Below are positions 1-12,475 of a stretch of DNA of 64,000 bases, one piece after another. The stretch lies in the NCBI RefSeq assembly GCF_964204645.1, contig NC_134028.1, positions 26,160,345-26,224,344 on the forward strand. The letters are read 5' to 3'. The notes below the pieces were generated by a model. That model was not told the DNA's origin. It ran no database searches and worked only from the letters and a program-made list of their open reading frames with translations. The position numbers and the translations under genes were made by a program. Every line of letters begins with the position of its first letter. Position 1 is the first letter of the stretch. Source of the DNA: Tubulanus polymorphus (lineage: Eukaryota > Animalia > Nemertea).

Positions 1-3000
1 AATCATCCCATTCGCCGGAAATGATTGCGACTGTTGGCAGTATTTACAGATGGCGGGAGTCGGACCACGTTTTTCGAAATGAGCTGAAAATAATTAAAGT
101 TACCAATAAGTTCCATTTCTATATCAAAGTTTTGTTGTTTCGCAAATTAAGGCCAGACACTGGAAAAACATTGATGATTTTGTACTGCCACAGAAGCTTG
201 CTCGGCACGCCGGAGAGAATACAATTTTTACGCAGTTTTACCCTTCGGTTTAAGGTAAAAGAATGTCCTGGCAGCGATAGCCGGTATTCCAGTGATAATA
301 CGCGTGATTTACTAGCGCGATGTTCGTCGGTCAGGACTCCATCGAAAATTAATTTCTCGCTAAAGAGGATCACGGTAAACTGGTCGTGTAGATGAATGAA
401 TGCGACGTGTAATAAAACTAAGAGGATGTGGACTGATTATAGAATGTTAGTAGTAAGCCATGCTGCCCGGACTCGCATTACACCCGAGAATCTTAGAAAT
501 ACAATTAAAAGAAAGGCTCATTCGCCGACAGGTATATATGATAAATCATCCATCTACTCCGTATGACTGCGATAAGCTTCGAGATATAAAAGACGTACGA
601 AATCGTATTAGCTTTATAATTGAACGACACTAGAAGTGACCTTTCCGCCCGATCCCTCTTAAGAAATAGCCCGTAAAACCGGTAATTACTTTTACATCAA
701 ATGTATAAGGAGTTGATCAAGATTCCCTGGACCTTGAAACCAAGCTCTCTGATATATTTCAATGTTATCTGATTGCCTGAAAATAACATCATAACGTATA
801 AACACGGCCGAGTCTCGCGATACCACCAAATACCTGCACGTTTTAAACTGAAGTCTAGAGAAGTCAAACCAAACTGTGCTCTTTTTTGCTTCCATGTAAC
901 AGTTAAACCTGGCGGTGTTTTGTCGCTGCGCTGCTTGCGTGGAATAATGATAAATGGTTTGGGGCAAATTTGACATGAGTTTAAATTGTTACGTATCACG
1001 ATACTAATCAAAACATATTGCTTCTTTACCCAGTAATATCTGTGTCGCTCTATTGTAATTATGCCCAATTTTCAGGCGCAGTCTTGGTATTTTTTTCTTT
1101 CTTAATTAAATCTTCAATAGAAGTAGAACTCGGTTATACGGTTTTTAATATATTAGTATCTCTTTGTGAACGGTACACTCAGTATTCACGGCCATAAATA
1201 CGGTTAATGGAAGTTAATAAAAGGGAATCGTTGTGAGACTTAGGTTACATCGCCCGCTCCGCAAAATCACACGGCGATTTTCCTGCGTTTAATGTTGAGG
1301 CGTTTAGTTGGAAAGTAATCTAGTTGATTGCTCCGTCGCTTCATTAGAGCTATGCACATATAACGGTGATACTGCGCACGACGGGCCAGTCTGTGATACA
1401 CGGTATGGATTTGCACTGAAATCACTGTAAACTTGGTGAGAAGATAAACATCATCAGCAATCAGCATTTCTTAAACGAGCATTAGCTAACTGAATACTTC
1501 CACCAACAACAAACATAGCGGAAAAACAAACCACCCCTTATCTGAATATATCTACTTCGTCTATGGCTACCAGGGTCGTCACTAGGGAACTTTAAAGGGG
1601 GTCAGAATTGATACAAGCGGTACTATATGCCATACTTCGCACTGTACCTGCTCCGCGTACATAAACCGACCCAAATTATCTTCCAAATCAAAATCAAACG
1701 ATTCAAATTTTCCGCGTTAATTTGATTTCGGGACGTTTTAAAGGTGGCTGTATATCGACACAGACGATAGAAACAAGCTCCTCGAAAAACACACGGTCGT
1801 ATGCACAAGTGTCAATTATGAGAGCGGTCTAGCGACAAATTGGCCCTCATACAAAAATCAGAGTTGACGTTTTACCGAAAGGCAAAATAATCGTGAGGGA
1901 ATTTTTCTTTACATTCGTCTACCACAAGCCGTAAAAATCAACTCATGCAATATATCATCGAAATACTTGAGCAGATTCTCTGTGACGTAATACATAGATT
2001 TTAATAGTCGAGAACTGTAGGATATCCGACGAATCGGCTCTGGATAATGGCTCTTATGTTCTTCAATAGCTCCTCGTCATTTATATCGTTTACACAAAAA
2101 ACTCCTAATTTTCAGAAAGGCCCCGAAAGTCGCGCATAGACTGTAGTCTTTATGTACAGATTTTTTTCTATATAACACTAGTGAATATCAAAAATTCGAT
2201 ATTTGATAGAATGCTCTAGTCTGTTTTCTGAGCGCCTTTTTGATACACGTATATGTAATGAATGCATCGAGATGCGACTTCTATTTGACAAGAATAAGTT
2301 GGTTCGAAGTGCTCGGTCGGTTCTGTGCGTTACATCGTAATGGCACAAGACGACAGAGAGCACTCTCATCTTCTTAAGTTTATTTATTACGCCGTAAATT
2401 AATGTTGATGTCTCGTATCAATTCATGTAATCATTAAGTCACATTCTACAAATTGTACAATCGAGCATAAAGAAAAATCTCATTAACTTGTGATTTTCGC
2501 TCTTTTCTTTTCATCTGCTACAACGCGGCTACCGTTACTGGTTCCACGCCGTGTCGCAGCGCTTTAAATGGACAAGGCTTCCCGCACACGATGCTGGGAA
2601 ACTGGGCTATCACGTATAATAATATATAACACACTATACTTATGACAAAATCAGAGGTTGGTCCGGGGTTAACTTGATTGACACAATGAATTGAGGTATA
2701 TATCGGGCAATAGCAAAGTAACTTTCTTTTAAACCCTGTCGCCACCAGGATTCGAACCCACTCGGCCACTGCATCTGGCTCCTGTATTTCGGTAAAACTG
2801 TTCCCTTAAAACCGGGACCCAGTTCGCCCACTATCGTCAGTTTAATTATAATTTATTTCAAATGTTCTTGACCCAAGTTAGACCCAAGAGTTAAACCTCA
2901 ACCCAGAACTTTGGAACTGGATCCAAGTCTCTGAATATCATGTGTTATTTCCAATCAATCTCAGTTGCCAGTTAATCAACCAGTTCGCTTTGATTCCGTT

Positions 3001-3551
3001 GTTTGAAAGAGAGAAAAAAACTCTCAGCCGTTCTATTACGATAAACGTGACCTTCACCTCTAATACGGCGATATTGACAATGTTTTTGATGGATATATGT
3101 GCTGTATGTGTGCTATTTGTACGAATTCATTGTGAACAGTATAATATACGATGTTATCGCTTATTGAAAAACCGACCAAATAAATGGCTTTTCTGTCTAA
3201 GAATATTAACGACGCGCAAAATGTGTCGACACGATTTTTAAGAAGTAGATTATCTGAGAGAGGCGGACGGCGCGGGCGGATTTATGGAATTTTCCAATCG
3301 ACGATTTTTCAGCCGATGGAATTTGTCAAAAGAAAAATGCAATATTCATCATGAATGAGATTTTTGGATAGTGGTATCTCATCTGGGTCGGTCACAGCTA
3401 AGTGTTTTATGAGGCAATGTATCTTGCCTTTGTTCAATTTTTCAAGAATTTTACCGTATCCGAGAAAATTGTGACACACCATAGAAATTTTTACGGTGAC
3501 ATAATCTTCTATAAATTAAAAACATTAGATAGCACGCTACATAAGATATAG

Positions 3552-4565
3552 TTACCTTCTGAAAGCCAATGAGCGAAATTTTTTGCTCGAAAAACAGTAA
3601 ACAAAGAAATTGACTGATGAGTTCAATTGTACGAGTAAGTAACTGATTTCGAACATTCGTAGATTGACTTTGAATTGAATGGCAGTTTTTTGTAACGCCA
3701 TCGGAAACTCGAATAGAATATACGTGGTTATGATTGCGATCGCGAGTATAAAAGCCTGGCGGTCGTTCGGGGCTTTAACGCCTGTCATTAGCTGGCGTTT
3801 CTTCGACGCTTCGGTCAACGACAAAATCAAGATGAAATTCGCCTTGAAGATCAAAGCAAAAGGAATGAGTATACAGAATGCCAAATGAACGAGTTGTCTA
3901 ATTTTCGGTGGATCGATGGGCACATTTTTTGTAATCCACACGTATTTAACTACCGGGCAAATAGTGCGCGCCATGGTTTGGATTCTGAAGAAATAACGCC
4001 AGATTTGAGTTACGATACTTAAAAATACAATACTTAACATGCATATATTACAGTTGGACTTAGTGCAGATGAGTCTAGACTTTAACGGATAGATCACAAT
4101 GATCGCTCGCTCTAAACTAATCAAAGTTGTCAGTAGATTTCTGATCATTTTGAAAATGATTTGAAGGCTCACTGTGTAGTGGTAGATTTGAGCTCCGAAA
4201 AACAACGGCACCGTCAAATACGCCCCGTCGCCGAGTTCTAACAGACCGCTGACGTATCTACCGGAATACGCCAGCGCTGAACTGAGCAAAAACAGATTAT
4301 CAGCGACCGCTAACACTCGTAACAGATGATACGTGACGATAACACGCGATTTGAACCGATATAGAATCGAAAACGTGTAAATATTCAGCAGAAAACCAAC
4401 GATAGAAACTGGCAGCGCTCCGTGTACAAAATATACTATCTTCTGATAGGTTTTCATGTTGAAACTACATTCATCGTTATTGAACGCCTCAGACAAAGTC
4501 GAATTGGTGTCATTTAACTTCATAATGTCGGCTGCATCAGGCGACATATTCGAATTAAAGCCCAT
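3552..4565 (-). CDS. Intronless class A GPCR, FMRFamide/peptide-receptor-like (possibly chemosensory)
   Basis: 337-aa ORF with seven hydrophobic segments. N-terminal N-glycosylation sequons (NMS, NDT, NST). TM1 GFLLN, TM2 LAVADNLFL, TM3 ISLERAIIVIYPLK, TM7 LNSSVNFFVYCFSSKKFR, all typical of FMRFamide-receptor-like 7TMs. Confidence 0.85.
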   Translation of the reverse strand: MGFNSNMSPDAADIMKLNDTNSTLSEAFNNDECSFNMKTYQKIVYFVHGALPVSIVGFLLNIYTFSILYRFKSRVIVTYHLLRVLAVADNLFLLSSALAYSGRYVSGLLELGDGAYLTVPLFFGAQIYHYTVSLQIIFKMIRNLLTTLISLERAIIVIYPLKSRLICTKSNCNICMLSIVFLSIVTQIWRYFFRIQTMARTICPVVKYVWITKNVPIDPPKIRQLVHLAFCILIPFALIFKANFILILSLTEASKKRQLMTGVKAPNDRQAFILAIAIITTYILFEFPMALQKTAIQFKVNLRMFEISYLLVQLNSSVNFFVYCFSSKKFRSLAFRR

Positions 4566-4814
4566 GTTACGCGCATTGTGCGAAATATATTTTCAATTTA
4601 TCTTTATAAAGCCAATGCACATAGTGATAATACAGTATATGGACCTTCAATACACTGACTTAACATTTCATCAAGTTTTTGTGCTATAACTAATGAATCT
4701 TCGTCAAATTCTACCCATGTTGTCTAATTCAATTCGATTTCCATATATATTTTCCTGATGCATCGAGATTAGCTCTAACAAAAACACAATAACCGGGCGC
4801 AATACATATTCCGT

Positions 4815-5360
4815 ACAGTGAAATCCACCTTAGGCCAGTAGCACCAATGTTATTTTGGACTGTAAAAATTTCACCGAGTTGAGAATCAGCGAACCCGGTA
4901 GCGTTGGGACTGCTGTAAATATTTCACAGTGAAATCCACCTTAGGCCAGTAGCACCAATGTTATTTTGGACTGTAAAAATTTCACCGAGTTGAGAATCAG
5001 CGAACCCGGTAGCGTTGGGACTGCTGTAAATATTTCACCGAGTTGAGAATCAGGGAACTCGGTAGCGTTGGGACTGCTGTAAATATTTCACCGAGTTGAG
5101 AATCAGGGAACTCGGTAGCGTGTTGGGACTGCTGTAAATATTTCACCGAGTTGAGAATCAGGGAACTCGGTAGCGTGTTGGGACTGCTGTAAATAGTTCA
5201 CCGAGTTGAGAATCAATGAACTCGGTAGCGTGTTGGGACTGCTGTAAATATTTCACCGAGTTGAGAATCAATGAACTCGGTAGTGTGTTGGGACTGCTGT
5301 AAATATTTCACCGAGTTGAGAATCAGGGAACTTGGTAGCGTTGAGACTGCTGTAAATATT
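4815..5360. repeat. Minisatellite with a 53-55 bp unit (8 copies) and a 111-bp duplication
   Basis: Unit TTCACCGAGTTGAGAATCAGGGAACTCGGTAGCG(TG)TTGGGACTGCTGTAAATAT starts at 4870, 4981, 5034, 5087, 5142, 5197, 5252 and 5307. Confidence 0.95.
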
Positions 5361-5864
5361 AAGAGCAATTCACTTTGAGTTGACCACAGTATATCGAGCA
5401 AGGAGTTGCATCCAACTTATCCAACGCATGCATTTCAGTAATAGTTGCTGATTAAAATGTCTGAAACGTCGTTGATGAGCTCGTGATAATGGTGGTGTTT
5501 AACATTAATATTAATTCCGAGCCTCGTAATGTGATACTAATTCTTAAACTCAACTGCATGACCGCACCCCTTGCAATATAATCAAAATGACACATGCAGG
5601 ACTGACTATTGGGTGTGGTAGGATGCTGAGTTTAAATACAACTTACATTAGATTGTTACCTTCGTGTTTCTCTACGAAATGAACAACAACTTAAGTTCAA
5701 TAAGTTGAATATCAATCCCACTATATTAATGACGTTCATAGTTTATTTGAAGACGATCATGGACGAAAATAAAGAAATGTTTATTTAGGTTCTACCCTTT
5801 ATTTAGGTTCTACCCTAAATTCATTAGTACTAATTATCCCATCAAATCCATGAGGTTAAATCGT

Positions 5865-6031
5865 CCTTTATAACGTCTCATTTCTGATGACGAATCGAAT
5901 ATTTCTGACGGTATTTAAAACTATTCTAAAGACTTGGATAAAGGTGGCGACCACCTTTATCCAGAGCTAAGTCTTTAAAATAGACCGTCAGAAATATTTG
6001 ATTCGTCATCAGAAATGAGACGTTATAAAGG
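5865..6031. mobile_element. Foldback/MITE-like near-perfect palindrome
   Basis: ~48-bp terminal inverted arms with one mismatch, plus nested inner arms TGGATAAAGGTGG-cga-CCACCTTTATCCA. Confidence 0.65.
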
Positions 6032-7148
6032 TTTTCAGTTCAAGTTTACTTCACGAAATGAAACCATACAGATAGATTTTTTTAGAAAAACATTATGCAG
6101 AATTTTCAATTTTTTCACAAGCACAATTACACGTTTTAAGGAGAAAGAATGGCAGTTTTCTGTGTGGGCCAAACAAAACCTAATGGCCGCTTGGAGTCGA
6201 GCTTTGCTGTCTTAACATCGACGATGTCAGCGTGATTTTTCGCCAATAAGTTTATCACCGTTTTTCGTCGTCGAAATCGATAGCGTATGTTTCCAATTTC
6301 ATTAGCCCTATGAGACAGAGGGCAGTCGAAACTACAGCAATGATGACAGCAATGCTGATAGGATATCTATCCGTTTGAAACAAATGCATAATTGGAAAAA
6401 TCAGGAATTCGGGCGGCTTCGACGCGCAGTGGCTATGATACATCGAGAATGAAAGAAGTTATTGGAAAGATAAGAGCGGTAAATAGGAAGATAAGACGGC
6501 TGTTCGAGGTTATAAGTGGACTATTGATGACATTTAGTTTGAAGAAGTAGAGACTCGTGGGGGGCAGGTTGAACTCGAAGGTTTGGTGTAAGCAAACTAG
6601 AAACAGTATGAGTTTGATGATGTATATGAATAATAGAGGACCGTGGAATGTATACCGGTAAACTATGCGTTTAAACACTGAACCAATTAGGTAACACAAA
6701 CATCATTTTAAACTAATGAGAGTAAACAAAAATAGCCGGATTTTATCCGTGAACTTTAAAACTAGATCGTGCTTAACAATTTCGATAAACGCGTTGACGA
6801 AAGGGAAACATTTGATTTCGATTCCAAACATATCTGTTCAGTTTAGGGGCAATTCATTTATCACGTACGAACGTTGGGGGAGGGGCCGAGGTTGGGGTTA
6901 TGCCAGATGCGTACAAGTCTGTACACGGGAGGACGGGGTCGTTGTACGTACGTCTAATACGACCATTGCCTCGAAACTATAAACTTATACTTAAAATGAA
7001 CATGCGCTCGTTTCTGCGCGTTTCTTCGCGGTTTTTGCACGGCATATTGCACGGAATGTTTTGTTTTTTTGTTTACTTGGCCCGAATCAGCCACCACAGA
7101 AGCCCACTTCACGTGTGTATGTATAAATGTATCTACGTATATTTCCAG

Positions 7149-7239
7149 GTTCACTTACATCAACGTGATTTGGTTTTGTTCGAACTGGTTGGCAATGAGT
7201 AATTCATCGTACAATCCATTCATCTACGGATTACTAAAT
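7149..7239 (+). CDS. Leucokinin/lymnokinin-type neuropeptide GPCR, TM7 exon (upstream exons not found in the window)
   Basis: Splice sites ttccag|...|gtaagt. Encodes FTYINVIWFCSNWLAMSNSSYNPFIYGLLN, which has an NPxxY motif and matches the YINxIWFCxxWLAMSNSxYNPFIYG signature of leucokinin receptors. Confidence 0.85.
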
Positions 7240-10200
7240 GTAAGTATTTTGTGTTTGACACAATCGTGGCTTTTAAGGTTCCTCGAGCCTCGTTGACCGT
7301 CCCGTTATGCAGTAATTCCAGTCGTTGACGATCAACGAAATAACTGCTTGGTCATTCATAAGATGAAAAAATTATTGACGCGGGGAACTATAAACGGCGC
7401 GTACCACTTAACGGTCTCTGCGATACGCTTCACTTCTTCTTTACTGTCATAGTGAAACGTTTAAACGCGACATATTTTTGCATAGATGTATAAAATAGGA
7501 TAACAGATAGATGTATTATATGTACGTATTGATTCAGAAGCATTTCTGGCCGTAGATTCCCCCGAGTACACACAGCCCGCTATAGCGTTACGTCACTGTA
7601 ACACCATTAACACCGTCGATGTTTTATTGGCGATTTCACGGCGCTTTGGTCAACCTATTACGTCCAATAAAGCATTAACGGCAGGTAATAATGTTAGTCT
7701 AGCGATGACCGAATTGACAAAAACGGGAATGCGGGTGTTTTTTTCGAGGAAATGCGACAGTAACAATCTGTCTGATGGCGTCTTGGTCAATTCATCAAAG
7801 CTCGATTTACGTATCTCAAATTGCGTCATTTCTAATGCATTGCCCGATAAGACAGGTTTACACTAACAATCTGTCACACGAAAACAACGTTATAGAATAT
7901 CTTTCACCGAGAACCTTATAGAGTCTGTGAACCACAGAGTAACAACCCCGGTGGCGACAGGGTTTCTCGGTCGAATGTTCTCCTCTGGTCTCTCCCCCAT
8001 TGGGAAAAAGAAACATCGAACCCATATAATGCCCTGCCTGGCGCTTAGCGGGTTGAGGGTGTTTAAAAAAAAACATAGTAACAACAAACATGACCCATTC
8101 TCCAGGACTGGGTGAATATAGATTATTTAGACGACGTGTGTTTTTTGCACATGACACATTTTTCCCGAAATTTGTAAATGACAATTAATTTACGTGTTTT
8201 ATTTATTTTTGTTGTCTCGAACACCTACGGGCAAACTATGACGTCACGTCAACTGCGACTTTACTTGAGAATCAATGTATCTTATCGGGGTCGTCACTAG
8301 GACTTTTTTAATTATTTGAATGTGAAAAAACAAAATGTGGAACTAAAAAATGCGGAACTTTAGGGTCGTCAGTACACCCGACCGCCGACGGGCATACTTT
8401 TGTTTAGAAAAGAAATACATTTGTTTAGAACACAGAAGAAATGAACAAATTATGCATGAATACATTAATATATGCAGGATGAATGCGATCAGTAGTAAAT
8501 ACCACTCGCGCTTAACGGTGCACTGTGACGTCATGTGCACGTGGTCTATAGACCCAACGTGGGCACCGTATATTCAAAAAATTGTTTCATTGATTTCGGA
8601 AACAGACTCCTGATGACGTTACATTACGTACATCACGTTCTTAGATCAAAGTACACCCCAGACTGTGTAGTCTGCGGTAGCCATATGACGGTAGAATTAA
8701 TTAGTTTTACTTCATCAACTAATCAAGAAGCAGACAACTACATCAAATACACGTGCACCTGTTCCATACGACGCGCGCACCTGTTTCATCCGACTACGCT
8801 GTTATATGGGATGAATTAATCCTTAAAATCAGCGCAATATTAATCAATATATGATAATCTTTAATTTGAGATGTAATCCGTGAATTAAATCGCATTAATA
8901 TATCGACTTCGATAGAGTTCAAACCGTGGTCATCAGTCCCTCGAGACTGATCAATGAAAAATGATTTGCTTTTCATTTAGAACGAAATTATGAGATATCC
9001 TTTGCATCTCAAATCGGTTGCCAATAATATATCATTCTAGGATTTTCGTTTCGCTTAATTACGAAATTATAAGATTTCTTTCTTTAATCTTATTTTCATC
9101 TTTCAATGACTTCAGATCGGTTTCCACAGTCGTTCGACTATCAATGATTACGAATGAATATTTAATGAAATATCTCATACGAAACTCAGATGATGAAGTG
9201 ATTCTTAGGTCATTCTGTAAGTTGTAATAGCGGGGTCGCTTCCAGTTCGAGTAGGTTACATCGAAAAATGAATTGCCCCAATTTATCATTTCATTTGACT
9301 ACGTCCAGATGGTAGTACTGTGAACGAAATAATGAGAATGTAGGAGACACCAAAATGGGAGAGAGAGAATGAATTATGGAACTAAACATGGTTTTATAGG
9401 TACTGATATGATGTTGGACTGTCCGGCTAAGGTGAAGTACCGTATACGGACTGCTCAGTGTACTGTGAAATTGAATATGAGTTATTATTATGAAATGAGT
9501 ATCATAAAATACTGTTGCACGAAGAGAATTACATATCTATAAGGTGAACGGCCATCAAATCACTAATTAGATATCACGATGAAGAGTTCCCATGTATTAT
9601 GTATGGATTCGACACCACCACTCGTGTTCAATAATATTCCCCTAAACCTTATGTATGTAATTATCATCATTAATTTAATACCGAACTGTCGCAAATAGGT
9701 ATAGATAGATAGAATCGTGATTACAAGAGATTATTGAAATCATGTACGTATTAGTGAAATATAAAGCTATTATCATTGCGTCAGTCAGCTCGAGTGGAAT
9801 TAGAAGTAAATAAATCATGATGAGTTTCGTCTAAAATATATATTTCAGTACAAAATGAACGCCGAATTTCACAATTTTTGTAATGTTATTTTGATACGTC
9901 AATATTGATGACGTAGTGGCTCGCAGAACCATAGTATTTATCAATATATAACAACGTTATTGTAACGGTTTTAAATAAAGGCATCAAATATGGACGTGAA
10001 AATCAGAACTCTAGTTTTACAGGTCCATGAGCCAAACCACCACAACATGAAATATATGACTGAAGGAGTGCTAGTTACTGATGTTAATGGTTTAATTAGT
10101 GAGCGAAAGTAAGACTTCTTCCGTTGACGCGCACGACGGAAATTTAAGCAAGATATTTACAACTCGGGGGCCATTTTTAAAGATTAAGTTAACGATCAAA

Positions 10201-10465
10201 AGACTTATCTAACCTTTTGGTTGAAGTTTGTCGGTTAACTGTTATGGTATCTATCCAATGGTTAACTGTTGAAAAATTGATTATATGTATATCTAATCAA
10301 TGCTGTCTACATAGCAATAGGGAAACGCAAGTACCATAATGACAGTAGGAACCTATCCACTTCTACAATTTACGATCATATTTTCCGATGACATAAAACA
10401 TTCCCGTTATTTCTACCCATTCATATTTCACGCATCTGTAGATGATATTTTTCCTTTCGTTGTAG

Positions 10466-10579
10466 GAGAACTACAAGCGCGGTTTTCGAGCTCTGTTTAC
10501 GAAATGTCTGTGTTGTCCGTGCGTCAAACCGGAAGAACCATACCAGTACAACTATAGATCGAGCGTGCGTTTAGACTAA
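10466..10579 (+). CDS. Leucokinin-type receptor terminal exon A (helix 8 and Cys-rich tail)
   Basis: Acceptor tttcgttgtag, phase 0. Encodes ENYKRGFRALFTKCLCCPCVKPEEPYQYNYRSSVRLD*, continuing ...GLLN as helix 8. Confidence 0.75.
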   Translation, partial: ENYKRGFRALFTKCLCCPCVKPEEPYQYNYRSSVRLD

Positions 10580-10602
10580 ATGTTTTACTACTGTCGTTTT
10601 AG

Positions 10603-10809
10603 GAAAAATACAAGCGAGCGTTCTGTGCTATTCTTTGTGTGCAAAGACCGTGCGGTAGCTCCGAAAAAGAAGTCGGCGACTCGGATGAGAGTCGTAAATC
10701 TACCTCCAGCGAAATGGCGGCCAACCGGATCGTTATTGGCACCAATAGTTCTCGGTTTAAAAGATACCAACGCGTTCAGTATGTCGATGACGATTCAAGT
10801 TTTATGTAA
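10603..10809 (+). CDS. Leucokinin-type receptor terminal exon B (alternative helix 8 and Ser/Thr-rich tail)
   Basis: Acceptor gtcgttttag, phase 0. Encodes EKYKRAFCAILCVQRPCGSSEKEVGDSDESRKSTSSEMAANRIVIGTNSSRFKRYQRVQYVDDDSSFM*. Confidence 0.75.
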   Translation, partial: EKYKRAFCAILCVQRPCGSSEKEVGDSDESRKSTSSEMAANRIVIGTNSSRFKRYQRVQYVDDDSSFM

Positions 10810-12240
10810 ATGTGGTAGGCTTATCAAAGACCCGTTTCGGCAAGATGGCTGCCTCCAGAATAACCAGTCTCGTTACGTATCTACGTTCAAGTCGATCGAT
10901 GACGTCGTTGAGGGCGATTCGTGGAGGCAGCCATATTGGGAGGTTCTATAAATGTTGTCTACCAACCAATGTTTGTATATATCAGCACCAAATATTCACG
11001 ACGATTTATTACGGAGAGGATTGAGAATGTTCGTGTTTTGTGTTTTACCTGAAAATTCGTTCTCAAGTTCATCTTGAGTCGGAGATTTGAATGTTCGATC
11101 ACGAGTGGAATTGAGCGCGCGCGCATTCTTACAGCCCCAAACAGCGATTGAGACGCTGGTGTTTTTCGGTGTTCCAACGCTAAGGTTTGATCCCGTGTTC
11201 CGCTATTAAACCTTTGTTAACCCAACCGATTTTGTGACGTAAACGTAGTGAGGCTTTCGAGAAAAGTGTGTATAACCTTCGTTTGTTTTTGTATAAATCA
11301 TTGAAAACGCTTTATGTAATTACAACGGAAATTGTTGAGAATTTGAAGAATATAGATTTGCCCGTATATTGTATGTAAACAAGAATTGTTCAAATATTAC
11401 TATGTACAAATACTATATTGTTTGTTAACTATAAAGATATTTTCAAAAATGTCCTTTTCAGACAAACTTCGTGTGTTAGTGACGAAATACGATTCGAAAG
11501 ATTAACCCTCTCCCCGTGTGTCTAGTTCAACAGTTTTGAGTTAGAGATCACAATGAGTAAGAATTAGTTCATTTTCAAATTATTTGACTTCGGTTAGATT
11601 CTAACTGACAACTGTTGAACTTTATACAAAAGACGCATGAGTGAAACTACTATTCATGATGAGAAAATACACCCTTTATAACTGTTTAAATTCTGGTTTG
11701 TAAAAAATGAATGTCCCAGCGAGAGCAATTCCCGCATCTACGATTGTGAAAATACAAGTTGTTATATGGATAAGCCGGAGCTTGTTCCGCAGTATTCTGA
11801 GGCGGATCTGCGTACATAACTCACTGCGTCGTTTTCAATCATGAAACGATATAACGAGTCAAATTTTCATTTGTAACACTGTCAAACTGGGTCCTGATGA
11901 CGTACAAAGTGACTCTCCTACAAGTCTGAAAGTTATATACCCCAAATATCCGAGGTTTGGAGTTGTTTCATCTGCTTTTGTCAGTGTGTGTATTAACCGT
12001 ACTTTCTCGATATCAAAGTGAATATTTTTTCAGCCACATCACACATTACTGTGTAAAGATCAGTCACACGCTGTTGTCAATAATTTTGTTAATAAACCAT
12101 TGATAAAATCTGCTGAAATCGCTGAATATTGTTTTCATTTTTTTTTGCAAAGCGGTGAATGCTGAATGGACCTCAGTTGTGATGACTCCAGCAGTGCGTG
12201 CAGAGTTGGGTACTCGAGAGGATGAATGTAATGTTTTGAC

Positions 12241-12475
12241 GACCAGTCACCACACCTGTCTGGTCACCAGTCACCACACCTGTCTGGTCACCAGTCACCA
12301 CACCTGTCTGGTCACCAGTCACCACACCTGTCTGGTCACCAGTCACCACACCTGTCTGGTCACCAGTCACCACACCTGTCTGGTCACCAGTCACCACACC
12401 TGTCTGGTCACCAGTCACCACACCTGTCTGGTCACCAGTCACCACACCTGTCTGGTCACCAGTCACCACACCTGC
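12241..12475. repeat. 24-bp minisatellite, about 10 copies
   Basis: (ACCAGTCACCACACCTGTCTGGTC)n, with essentially perfect copies. Confidence 0.97.

Noticed and set aside
21-1467. Several 60-124 aa ORFs on both strands, including a TIYHYS motif reminiscent of ART-like domains
   Set aside because: No recognisable domain or coherent splice structure, and the motif similarity does not extend.
4870-5360. CRISPR-like palindromic repeat array
   Set aside because: No unique spacers, no cas genes, and a eukaryotic context. It is a minisatellite.
5884-5910. CTGATGA as a hammerhead ribozyme core (also at ~8610, 11894, 40242 and 46513)
   Set aside because: No properly placed stem II-GAAA-stem III architecture.
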